A stretch of DNA of 32,000 bases, taken from the NCBI RefSeq assembly GCF_043950625.1, contig NZ_CP171007.1. The stretch is one strand, 5' to 3'. Every line of letters begins with the position of its first letter. Position 1 is the first letter of the stretch. The notes under the pieces were generated by a model. That model was not told the origin of the DNA and searched no databases. It saw only the letters and a program-made list of their open reading frames with translations. The position numbers were made by a program, and so were the translations under genes. Source of the DNA: Alkanindiges sp. WGS2144 (lineage in GTDB: Bacteria; Pseudomonadota; Gammaproteobacteria; Pseudomonadales; Moraxellaceae). Positions 19,724-28,023 of this stretch are shown here, piece after piece.

Positions 19724-22423
19724 TTATAATTGTGGGCCAATAAAGAAATGTAGCCGGATGGGAACATGAGTTTCCGACACCCCCGCGCCCACATCAATGC
19801 GAATCGGTCCAACCGGAGAAGACCAGCGTACGCCTACCCCTGCACCCACCTTGACCGGGTCATTAAACTGTTTATCAAATGCATTACCGGCATCCACAAA
19901 TACCGCACCACGCCATTTTGGCTTAAACTGGTAGTTATACTCCATGGAAGCAACTGCCAGGTTCTGACCACCAATTAAATAGCCATTTTGTTCAGTGGAC
20001 AGACTCTTATAGTCATAACCCCGGATACTTTGATCGCCACCAGCAAAGAAGCGTAGATTGTAGGGAACTTCCTCAAACGCTTCAGTCACAATGGTAGCTG
20101 CATCTGCCCGGCCAACCACCTGGTGATTGTCATTGGTACCGAAAGAATAGATAAAACGCCAGCCTGCCCGTAAAATGGCCAGATCGGTATCGGTGAGCAG
20201 ACTTTTGCTTCCTACTTCAGCCTGATAAAACTGTCTAAAACCACGTACTGGATCCAGACGTCCTACCGTTTCTGTTTTACTTATGCCATAGCCAAATAAC
20301 AGGGACTGTTGCTCAAAACGTGAATTTTGCAGGTTAAATGGTGGAGGCAGTGTTGACTGGTCGACCACTTCATTGCTATTACGCTTTAGCTCATCCAGAC
20401 GATAGCGGGCAGAAATCGTATGCTGCCATTTACCGCCTCTGGGTTTGATGGCACGCTCTACCCCCACAGTTGCAGTGCTGGTTTCAAGTCCCAGATCCCT
20501 ACCAGCTTCTTTTCGGTCTTCCTGCTCGTAACCACCAAAAATACTAATGGTATCTTGCAGGGGGTGCTTATAAGGCAAGTTATAACGAACATCCACTGCC
20601 TGACGTATCTTGGATAATTCTAGGTTAGACTCCAGGCTGTGCCCACGTGAGTTCACCAGCGCCTTACGATACTGGGTGCGCAACCGAAATTCTGTGTCAG
20701 TGCCATAGCCCACACCTACCTCTGCACTATTGGGTTGATCAGCATTTACTGTAACTACTACAGGAATGATCTTGGTTTCACGGATTTTGGCTGCTGCTTC
20801 CTGTCGTTCAGCTTCTTTGATCTGAGCCTCTGTTAAGTCCTGCTGGGCCTGGGTACTGCGCTGTAAAGGTGTATCTTCACTATGGCCTATCCCGGCAAAC
20901 TGTGACTCATCAACTACTGCTGTGGCAGACTCAGGAGTTTCTGCCGTATTATCGGCAGGCTGCCCGGCTTCATTATTAATTGCCAGTGCCTGCCGCTGCG
21001 AGGTATTTAGCTGGTCAACATCCGCATCCGCAGGCAACTCAACCGGTTTGACAATAGGGTCAGGGATGACCAGATCAACCTGTACATTATTAAAATAGCG
21101 GGTATCTGATAAATTGCGTGACAAGCCATTCACTTTCCACGAACCATATTCATCATTTTCTTCAAAAGGCACAAGTTGCCTTAATAGCTCTTCTTTTAAG
21201 GGAAGTGGTTTGTCAGGGTCAGTGTTTTTAAATTCAACGCTGCCAAGCTTATAACGCTCACCACTATCATAGGCCAGATTAATATCAGCTGTATTATCCG
21301 GCAGGGTTACCTTAACATCGTGCATGATCCAGTAACCATCAAAGTAGCCTTTTTCAGTTGCGGCGGTGCTAATGCGGGTTTTAGTCTGTTCATACAGCTG
21401 ATCATTCATCTGGTCACCTACCTTTAGGTCAGGTTCCTTTTGAATTCGTAAAAAGCTATTGTCTTCAGTGGCCTCACCTTCGAACCGGATATCCTGGCTT
21501 GTTACAAGAACTGGTTCATTGGGAGTGACATGTACCCGAAGAGTATCCGCATTGATCTGCTCAAAACGAAATACCGAGTTGTAATAACCTACCGCCTCAG
21601 ATGCTTCACGCGCCATACTGCGTAACTGTGGCAAAGAGGCCCTAAAATCAGTAAATGCCTCTACCGTATATTGCTCAAGACGTGCACGAATATTATCCGA
21701 CTGAAGATCCGATGCACCGATCACATCAACATCAATAGTAGGCATGGCCGCTGCCAGCTCACCTTTTGGTGGCCAGAAGTGATACCAGACCCGTTTAAAA
21801 ATATTGGGCTTTTTGACTGCTGTAGCATCTGTGTCCAGCGCCTCGGCATTTTGGGCAATCACGTCATCAGGCTGTTTGTCTTGATTAATATCAGCATGAT
21901 CCATTAAGGTCTGGGTAGCTTCTCTGGCGCGTTCCAGCTCTTTTTCTGCACTGGCCTGCTCATCAATAGAATCTGCTTCCCGAATGGGCACAGGCGTCTG
22001 TCCCACTTCCTCCAGATTACTTTCAATACTTGAGGTGATCAGCTCATTATTTGTAGTCTGTACGACTTCATCCGGCACAGTATTGCTACTACTGGGCGTA
22101 CTGATACGCTCAAAATCGCTGGCCGCTTCCTGCTTGGCAGTTTCTGCCTGTTGTATTAAGCCTGCCATGTCTACCGGTTCCAGCACAATAGGCTCAATAA
22201 CATCCATATCATCAGGTACTGCCGCGCCAGAAGGAACATCCAGGCTGCTGACTGGACTTGTAGCCTGACCTGTAAGTTCCGATTGATTGATGCCAGAATC
22301 AGGCCGCGCCAGTACAGAAGAATCAACTGCCTGTGGCTGTGCTTGTGCATACAAGGCTGAACCCAGCAATAACACACCAGTACCAACCTGATGCATACAG
22401 CGGTAAAATCTTAAACCAGACAT
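19724..22423 (-). CDS. tamA: Translocation and assembly module subunit TamA (Omp85 family) with two large acidic insertions
   Basis: Signal peptide MSGLRFYRCMHQVGTGVLLLGSALYAQA from ATG 22423 (the track ORF extends to 22507). POTRA-like repeats (GYYNSVFRFE, GYFDGYWIMHDV, GERYKLGSVEF, PFEENDEYG). Omp85 barrel from VGVGYGTDTEFRL to RFFAGGDQSIRGY...IRLHFFIGPQL. Confidence 0.88.
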   Translation of the reverse strand: MSGLRFYRCMHQVGTGVLLLGSALYAQAQPQAVDSSVLARPDSGINQSELTGQATSPVSSLDVPSGAAVPDDMDVIEPIVLEPVDMAGLIQQAETAKQEAASDFERISTPSSSNTVPDEVVQTTNNELITSSIESNLEEVGQTPVPIREADSIDEQASAEKELERAREATQTLMDHADINQDKQPDDVIAQNAEALDTDATAVKKPNIFKRVWYHFWPPKGELAAAMPTIDVDVIGASDLQSDNIRARLEQYTVEAFTDFRASLPQLRSMAREASEAVGYYNSVFRFEQINADTLRVHVTPNEPVLVTSQDIRFEGEATEDNSFLRIQKEPDLKVGDQMNDQLYEQTKTRISTAATEKGYFDGYWIMHDVKVTLPDNTADINLAYDSGERYKLGSVEFKNTDPDKPLPLKEELLRQLVPFEENDEYGSWKVNGLSRNLSDTRYFNNVQVDLVIPDPIVKPVELPADADVDQLNTSQRQALAINNEAGQPADNTAETPESATAVVDESQFAGIGHSEDTPLQRSTQAQQDLTEAQIKEAERQEAAAKIRETKIIPVVVTVNADQPNSAEVGVGYGTDTEFRLRTQYRKALVNSRGHSLESNLELSKIRQAVDVRYNLPYKHPLQDTISIFGGYEQEDRKEAGRDLGLETSTATVGVERAIKPRGGKWQHTISARYRLDELKRNSNEVVDQSTLPPPFNLQNSRFEQQSLLFGYGISKTETVGRLDPVRGFRQFYQAEVGSKSLLTDTDLAILRAGWRFIYSFGTNDNHQVVGRADAATIVTEAFEEVPYNLRFFAGGDQSIRGYDYKSLSTEQNGYLIGGQNLAVASMEYNYQFKPKWRGAVFVDAGNAFDKQFNDPVKVGAGVGVRWSSPVGPIRIDVGAGVSETHVPIRLHFFIGPQL

Positions 22424-22671
22424 TTCTGGATGAATGACAAGTCTTAGAGCTTTTACTAACGTCTTTAATTGAGTTTTAGGATATTGACGCATCATACTCT
22501 CAAGCATAAAAATAACTTAGCCATCCAAAAATGGCTCATCATCATAATCTGACACAAACCAACTTGCTACCGCTCAAGCTTAACGATATGTTGTTTACAT
22601 GCAAATGATAAAAGTGCAATTTTAGTAACACAACACGCCTTAATATAAGTTGCAAGCAAAAAATACCGGAG

Positions 22672-23997
22672 ATGACACTATTTATGGCTAGCCAGTTTGG
22701 TTTACTGACCACGCGCCGCTTTTTACCCATGTTTTTGACCCAGTTTTTTGGGGCACTCAACGATAATGTATTTAAGCAAAGCCTGCTGCTGGTATTTACC
22801 TACCAGTTTATTGCAACGTCTACCTATGCCACCAGCACTTTGAACAACCTGGCAGCTCTGCTCTTTATCCTGCCTTATTTTTTGTTTTCAGCAACCGCAG
22901 GGCAACTGGCTGATCATTATGAAAAAGCACGATTAACCCGCTGGCTAAAGGCAGCTGAGATTATCATTATGTTGCTGGCTACCATCGGTTTTTTAACCAG
23001 ACAGTTATGGTTGCTACTGTTTGCGCTTTTTTTAATGGGCACCCATTCCACATTTTTTGGCCCTATCAAATATGCCATTCTGCCCCAGACCTTATATAAA
23101 GATGAACTGATGGCCGGTAATGCCCTGTTTCAAACTGGCACTTCTCTGGCTATTTTATTTGGCATGATTCTGGGTGGCGTGATTATGGCTCACTCACACG
23201 GCAACCTGCTCTGGGTTAGTCTGACCGTATTATTTATTGCTGTTGCTGGCTATATCTGCGCCCAGTTTATTTTAGCCCAGCCCATCAGTGCGCCAGACCT
23301 CAGGATAAATTGGAACTTTCTGGCAACCAGCATAGAGACCCTGAAATATAGCTGGCAAATTCCCAGCGTGTTTTATGCCATTATAGGTATTTCATGGTTC
23401 TGGTTTTATGGAGCAACTTACCTAACCCAGATTCCACAACTGGCCCAGCAGGTTTTGCATGCGGGCGAAACTGTCGTCTCTTTACTGCTCACCCTGTTTT
23501 CGATTGGTGTGGGTATTGGCTCGCTATTATGTCGCCGCTTGTCAGGCGCTCAGGTCAGCTTGAAACTGGTGCCTTTTGGCGCTATTGGCCTAAGCCTGTT
23601 TGCCATTGACCTGTTTTTTGCCATGCAGGCTTTACCTACAGTGAGCGGCGCTTTACTGGGTATTGAACAAATCGTCTCACAGCTTACCTACTGGCGGGTG
23701 ATGTTTGATATTGTCATGCTGGGCTTAAGTGGCGGTTTTTATATTGTCCCGTTATATGCCTATATGCAGGCGCAATCTCCCGAAACTCATCGCGCCCGGA
23801 TCATTGCAGCCAATAATATTTTAAACGCCCTATTTATGGTGGTATCGGCAGTGATATCCATTATGGTGTTGAGTATATTAGAGCTGTCCCTGGCTTCTTT
23901 ATTTTTGGCGACTGCTGTTTTAAGTGCGCTGGTCAGCTTTTTTGTGTTAAACCGGTTACGCCAGTTGCCTGACTCCAGCAAGCATCCTAATATTTAG
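22672..23997 (+). CDS. MFS transporter, lysophospholipid transporter LplT-like
   Basis: 12-TMS-type hydrophobic profile. The N-terminus LLTTRRFLPMFLTQFFGALNDNVFKQSLL resembles the LplT family head. The start could also be ATG 22684. Confidence 0.6.
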   Translation: MTLFMASQFGLLTTRRFLPMFLTQFFGALNDNVFKQSLLLVFTYQFIATSTYATSTLNNLAALLFILPYFLFSATAGQLADHYEKARLTRWLKAAEIIIMLLATIGFLTRQLWLLLFALFLMGTHSTFFGPIKYAILPQTLYKDELMAGNALFQTGTSLAILFGMILGGVIMAHSHGNLLWVSLTVLFIAVAGYICAQFILAQPISAPDLRINWNFLATSIETLKYSWQIPSVFYAIIGISWFWFYGATYLTQIPQLAQQVLHAGETVVSLLLTLFSIGVGIGSLLCRRLSGAQVSLKLVPFGAIGLSLFAIDLFFAMQALPTVSGALLGIEQIVSQLTYWRVMFDIVMLGLSGGFYIVPLYAYMQAQSPETHRARIIAANNILNALFMVVSAVISIMVLSILELSLASLFLATAVLSALVSFFVLNRLRQLPDSSKHPNI

Positions 23998-24021
23998 GTC
24001 ATTAAATAAAGAGACATACTG

Positions 24022-24657
24022 ATGCGCCATTATCGATTTTCTGACCATTTGATTGGTTCTTTTGATCAGGCTTTACGTAGTCTGGTTCCCGGTTCAACCA
24101 TTGCTGAGCGCATTACTCCCGGCCAGCAGGAAAACAGCAGCCTAACCGTCAATCAGGCACGACATGTCGCAGGGCTTATGCGGGTTAACCATAGTGGTGA
24201 GGTGTGTGCCCAGGCTTTATATCACGGACAAGCCCTAACCGCACGTTTGCCAAATGTTAAACAGGAAATGCAAAAAGCAGCACAGGAGGAACAGGATCAC
24301 CTGGCTTGGTGTGAACAGCGCCTAAGAGAGCTGGATAGTTATCCCAGCTTACTAAACCCATTCTGGTATGGATTATCCTATAGTATGGGGGCACTGGCCG
24401 GACTCGCTGGGGACGAGTACAGTCTGGGCTTTGTGGCCGAAACTGAAAAGCAGGTCAGTGCACACCTGCAGTCTCATTTAGAGCAACTGCCACAAAGTGA
24501 TGCCCGCAGCCGTGCGATTCTGGAACAAATGAATGAAGATGAGCTACATCACCGTGATACCGCACTCAAAGCCGGTGGGCGCGAGTTGCCCAAACCTGTT
24601 CAGGTAGCCATGGGATTAATCTCCAAGACCATGACCAAGACCAGCTATTTTATTTAA
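24022..24657 (+). CDS. coq7: Demethoxyubiquinol hydroxylase (Coq7 family diiron hydroxylase)
   Basis: RVNHSGEVCAQALYHGQ, plus two ExxH motifs (EEQDHLAW, NEDELHHRD). 211 aa. Confidence 0.88.
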   Translation: MRHYRFSDHLIGSFDQALRSLVPGSTIAERITPGQQENSSLTVNQARHVAGLMRVNHSGEVCAQALYHGQALTARLPNVKQEMQKAAQEEQDHLAWCEQRLRELDSYPSLLNPFWYGLSYSMGALAGLAGDEYSLGFVAETEKQVSAHLQSHLEQLPQSDARSRAILEQMNEDELHHRDTALKAGGRELPKPVQVAMGLISKTMTKTSYFI

Positions 24658-24698
24658 TTTCCGCTATGTGTACTCTTACACAAATAGCTGGCTGATTT

Positions 24699-25568
24699 TT
24701 AATGCTTTTGGAATAAAGCTTCACTGGCGGCAATCGGATCGCCAGTTTTGACATAATGCTCCAGCCAGATTTGATATTGCGCCAATGCAGGCTGCTGCCA
24801 GGGATGAAAGTCCGGCTTAAAATAATCCAGCCAGGGTTTAGCCATCACTGACACAATCCCCTTTTTGCCAAATAGCCAAGGCAGATTTTTAAACAGCATG
24901 CTTAAACGTTCAGTTTTGCTAAATCCATCTGCACGCAAGAAGACATTGGTATCCTTAATACGCAGATAAACAAAAATGGACGTCAAAAATAGCATGGAAA
25001 AGCTGCGCTCTAAATAGCGAACTTTTGCGACCTGCTGCATAGTGTCAAACGCCACTGCTTTATGTTCCATTTCTTCCATGGCATGCCAGGCCAGCATGGC
25101 ACGAACCCGTTAATCGGCTTCTTTTAAAAAATCAGGATCAGCAAAAAATATTTCAGCCATCAGGGCCTTAATATGTTCGCAGGCGGCGGTTACTGCCAGA
25201 TTAAACGATGGCGACAACAGTTTAACCGCAGCATTTAAACGACGACGCTGCTCAGCATTTAATTCGGCAACCGGCAAGCCCTGTACTTTGAGTAAATTAT
25301 TAAATGTAGTATGGACAATGCCGTGCTGCGCTTCCTGCCGGTTAAAAGCCTGTACGTCTGCCAGCAAAGCTGGGTCTTTTATCTGTTCCCGAAAATAGCG
25401 CACACTGGTCATAAAATAACGCTCACTTTCCGGAAAGGTTACCGAAACTGCATCCAGAAAACGGGTTTTAAATGCATCCTGATTAAACCAGTATTTGGGA
25501 ATATTACTGTCTAGCTTAAAATCAAGCTGTTCACGCGGGGTGATCGGGTGCTGGGTTAATGCATTCAT
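24699..25568 (-). pseudogene. PF10118-type predicted metal-dependent hydrolase interrupted by one in-frame TAA
   Basis: Track ORFs 25110-25568 and 24699-25097 are in the same frame. Reading through gives ...DPDFLKEAD-TAA-RVRAMLAWHAMEEMEHKAVAFD..., so the WHAxEExEHK core follows directly after the stop (plus-strand TTA at 25110-25112). Combined length is about 288 codons, the size of an intact family member. Confidence 0.75.
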
Positions 25569-25621
25569 ATTACTTCCCGTACGCCATACTTTAAGGCTTT
25601 ATCACAAACGAAGATGCTCAA

Positions 25622-25648
25622 TGTATAGCTGACAATCTTTATTGTCAA
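25622..25648 (-). promoter_or_regulatory. Sigma70-type promoter candidate for the hydrolase (pseudo)gene, overlapped by a 7-4-7 inverted repeat
   Basis: The minus strand reads TTGACA (25643-25648), a 15-nt spacer, then TATACA (25622-25627), about 54 nt upstream of the ATG. The inverted repeat TGACAAT-CTTT-ATTGTCA spans 25630-25647. The spacer is shorter than the optimal 17 nt. Confidence 0.4.
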
Positions 25649-25727
25649 AGGCAGGAAACATCATATTTGATATTATTATTTAGCCAGTTTCTTTTAAGAA
25701 CAAATGACCATCAATGATCAGGCATAG

Positions 25728-25786
25728 AAAAACACCCTTCACTTTGCATAACCTTTAACTTAAAAAGGTACTCAAAATAAAGGGTG
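25728..25786 (-). terminator. Possible terminator after prpC
   Basis: On the minus strand, CACCCTT...AAGGGTG forms the outer stem and ACCTTT/AAAGGT an inner stem, followed by TTTTT (plus-strand A-run 25728-25732). The loop is long, so confidence is modest. Confidence 0.4.
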
Positions 25787-25801
25787 CTAATACCGGATTG
25801 C

Positions 25802-26929
25802 TTAACGCTGAGTAATTGGTGTCACTTTACGCAGCTCTGGGCCAGTATATTCAGCACTTGGGCGAATAATACGATTATCGGCACGTTGCTCCATCACATG
25901 CGCTGCCCAACCTGTTAGGCGGCTCATCACGAAAATTGGGGTGAAGAGTTTAGTAGGAATACCCATAAAGTGATAAGCAGAAGCATGAAAAAAGTCGGCA
26001 TTACAGAATAGTTTTTTCTCACGCCACATCACCTCTTCGCAACGCACAGACACCGGATACAGCACGGTATCGCCTACATCAGCGGCCAGTTTTTCTGACC
26101 ACTGCTTAATAATGCCATTACGCGGATCGTTGTCCTTGTAAATCGCATGACCAAAGCCCATGATTTTTTCCTTACGCGCCAGCATACCCATCATTTCTTC
26201 TTCGGCATGCTCGGGGCTAGTGAATTTTTCAATCATGTCCATGGCCGCTTCATTAGCGCCACCATGTAATGGGCCACGTAGTGAACCAATCGCACCCGTC
26301 ACGCAAGAATGCATGTCAGACAAAGTGGACGCACACACGCGTGCGGTAAAGGTAGAGGCATTAAACTCATGCTCTGCATATAAAATCAGTGATACGTTCA
26401 TGACTTTGGCATGCAGCTCATTGGGCTTTTCACCTTTTAGCAAATGTAAAAAGTGCGCACCAATGGAGTCGTCATCGGTATTTTCATCAATACGCACGCC
26501 ATCGTGGCTAAACCGATACCAGTAGGTAATAATCGATGGGAACGCCGCCAGTAAGCGGTCAGTCACTTGCTGCTGCTGATCAAATGATTGTTCAGTTTCC
26601 AGATTACCCAGCATGGAGCAACCAGTACGCATCACATCCATTGGGTGTGAGTCAGCAGGAATACGCTCCAGCACATCTTTTAGGGCTTGTGGCAGGCTAC
26701 GCATGCCTTTTAACTTGGCTTTGTAGGCAGCCAGTTGCTCAGCATTGGGCAATTCACCAAAGAAAATCAGATAAGCAACTTCTTCAAATTCGCAGTGTTC
26801 AGCCAGATCCTGCACGTCATAGCCGCGATAGGTCAAGCCAGCGCCGGATTTACCAACCGTTGACAGGGCAGTTTTACCAGCCACTTGTCCACGCAAGCCT
26901 GCGCCACTTAATACTTTACCTTCTGCCAT
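25802..26929 (-). CDS. prpC: 2-methylcitrate synthase
   Basis: 375-aa short-form citrate synthase. Motifs GPLHGGANE and GFGHAIYK. It lies directly downstream of prpB. Confidence 0.88.
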   Translation of the reverse strand: MAEGKVLSGAGLRGQVAGKTALSTVGKSGAGLTYRGYDVQDLAEHCEFEEVAYLIFFGELPNAEQLAAYKAKLKGMRSLPQALKDVLERIPADSHPMDVMRTGCSMLGNLETEQSFDQQQQVTDRLLAAFPSIITYWYRFSHDGVRIDENTDDDSIGAHFLHLLKGEKPNELHAKVMNVSLILYAEHEFNASTFTARVCASTLSDMHSCVTGAIGSLRGPLHGGANEAAMDMIEKFTSPEHAEEEMMGMLARKEKIMGFGHAIYKDNDPRNGIIKQWSEKLAADVGDTVLYPVSVRCEEVMWREKKLFCNADFFHASAYHFMGIPTKLFTPIFVMSRLTGWAAHVMEQRADNRIIRPSAEYTGPELRKVTPITQR

Positions 26930-26999
26930 TTTTTATCTCCAAAATGAGCCAGTTATGATCACTGGCTATAAAACTTTTTGTTGAACAATAAATTTTTGC

Positions 27000-27899
27000 T
27001 TAACCTTTCTGCTCAGTACCTTTTTGAGCAAACAGACGATCCAGCTGGTCTTCAAAACTTTGATAGTCCAAAAACTCGTACAGCTCTTTGCGGGTTTGCA
27101 TGATATCCAGCACATCCACCTGTGTGCCTTTTTCACGGATGCTTTTCATTACCGCCAAAGCCGCTTTTTGCATGGCACGGGTTGGTGACAATGGATACAA
27201 CACCATGGCAATACCCTGCTCACCAAGCTCTTGCGCAGTATAATATGGCGTAGAACCAAACTCGGTAATATTGGCCAGTACTGGCACTTTCACTGCATCG
27301 CACACCTGCTTGTACATGGACAAATCAGTCATGGCTTCGGCAAAAATCGCATCAGCACCCGCTTCTACATAAGCATTGGCACGGTCAATCACGCCTTGCA
27401 GACCTTCTTTTTGTAGCGCATCGGTACGCGCCATGAGCACAAAATCCGGATCAGTTTTGGCATCAACCGCGGCTTTAACCCGATCGGTCATCTCGCTAAT
27501 CGACACAATTTCCTTATTAGGACGATGGCCACAGCGCTTTTGTGCCACTTGATCTTCCAGATGCACAGCAGCTGCACCCGCACGGATCATTTCCTTAATG
27601 GTACGGGCAATGTTAAATGCGCCACCCCAGCCGGTATCAATATCAACCAAAAGTGGCGTATCCACGCGGGCGGTAATACGGCGTACATCGGTGAGCACAT
27701 CATCCAGGCTGGTGACTGCCAGATCAGGCAAGCCATAAGAATAGTTGGCAACCCCGGCACCGGATAAATAGATGGCGTTATAACCCACATCCCGCGCCAT
27801 CATCGCTGCATAGGCATTAACAGTGCCAATAATTTGTAATGGTTTTTCCTGGGCAATCGCATCACGAAAGCGACGACCAGCAGAATTACTTTGACTCAT
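27000..27899 (-). CDS. prpB: 2-methylisocitrate lyase
   Basis: ICL/PEP-mutase superfamily: [19 protein letters not shown] (KRCGH catalytic loop), ARTDA. ATG at 27899 ([11 protein letters not shown]...); the track ORF begins at a TTG at 27923. Confidence 0.9.
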   Translation of the reverse strand: MSQSNSAGRRFRDAIAQEKPLQIIGTVNAYAAMMARDVGYNAIYLSGAGVANYSYGLPDLAVTSLDDVLTDVRRITARVDTPLLVDIDTGWGGAFNIARTIKEMIRAGAAAVHLEDQVAQKRCGHRPNKEIVSISEMTDRVKAAVDAKTDPDFVLMARTDALQKEGLQGVIDRANAYVEAGADAIFAEAMTDLSMYKQVCDAVKVPVLANITEFGSTPYYTAQELGEQGIAMVLYPLSPTRAMQKAALAVMKSIREKGTQVDVLDIMQTRKELYEFLDYQSFEDQLDRLFAQKGTEQKG

Positions 27900-27944
27900 A
27901 AAAATATTCCATTCGCGTTGCAAGCGGCTAGTGGTTGCCGAGTA

Positions 27945-27958
27945 TATAAAGCTTTATA
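27945..27958. promoter_or_regulatory. Perfect 14-bp palindrome in the prpB upstream region (candidate operator)
   Basis: TATAAAGCTTTATA is its own reverse complement. It lies 46-59 nt upstream of the prpB ATG and downstream of the emrB terminator. Confidence 0.3.
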
Positions 27959-27980
27959 CGACCTTGCACTGGCAAATTGA

Positions 27981-28008
27981 ATAAAAACTCTAGTTTATTC
28001 TACTAAAG
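27981..28008 (-). terminator. Rho-independent terminator of emrB
   Basis: The minus strand reads CTTTAGT-agaataa-ACTAGAG (7-bp stem including one G-U pair) followed by TTTTTATT. Confidence 0.5.
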
Positions 28009-28023
28009 ATGAAAGTTGCCCAC

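Noticed and set aside
24667-24682. TGTGTA-ctct-TACACA hairpin between coq7 and the hydrolase pseudogene as a bidirectional terminator
   Set aside because: The stem is only 6 bp and AT-rich with no flanking T-run, which is insufficient evidence.
26160-26958. Two plus-strand ORFs (121 and 140 aa) antisense to prpC
   Set aside because: They are entirely nested in a well-supported gene on the opposite strand. The composition is low-complexity S/A/P/C-rich, typical of shadow ORFs.
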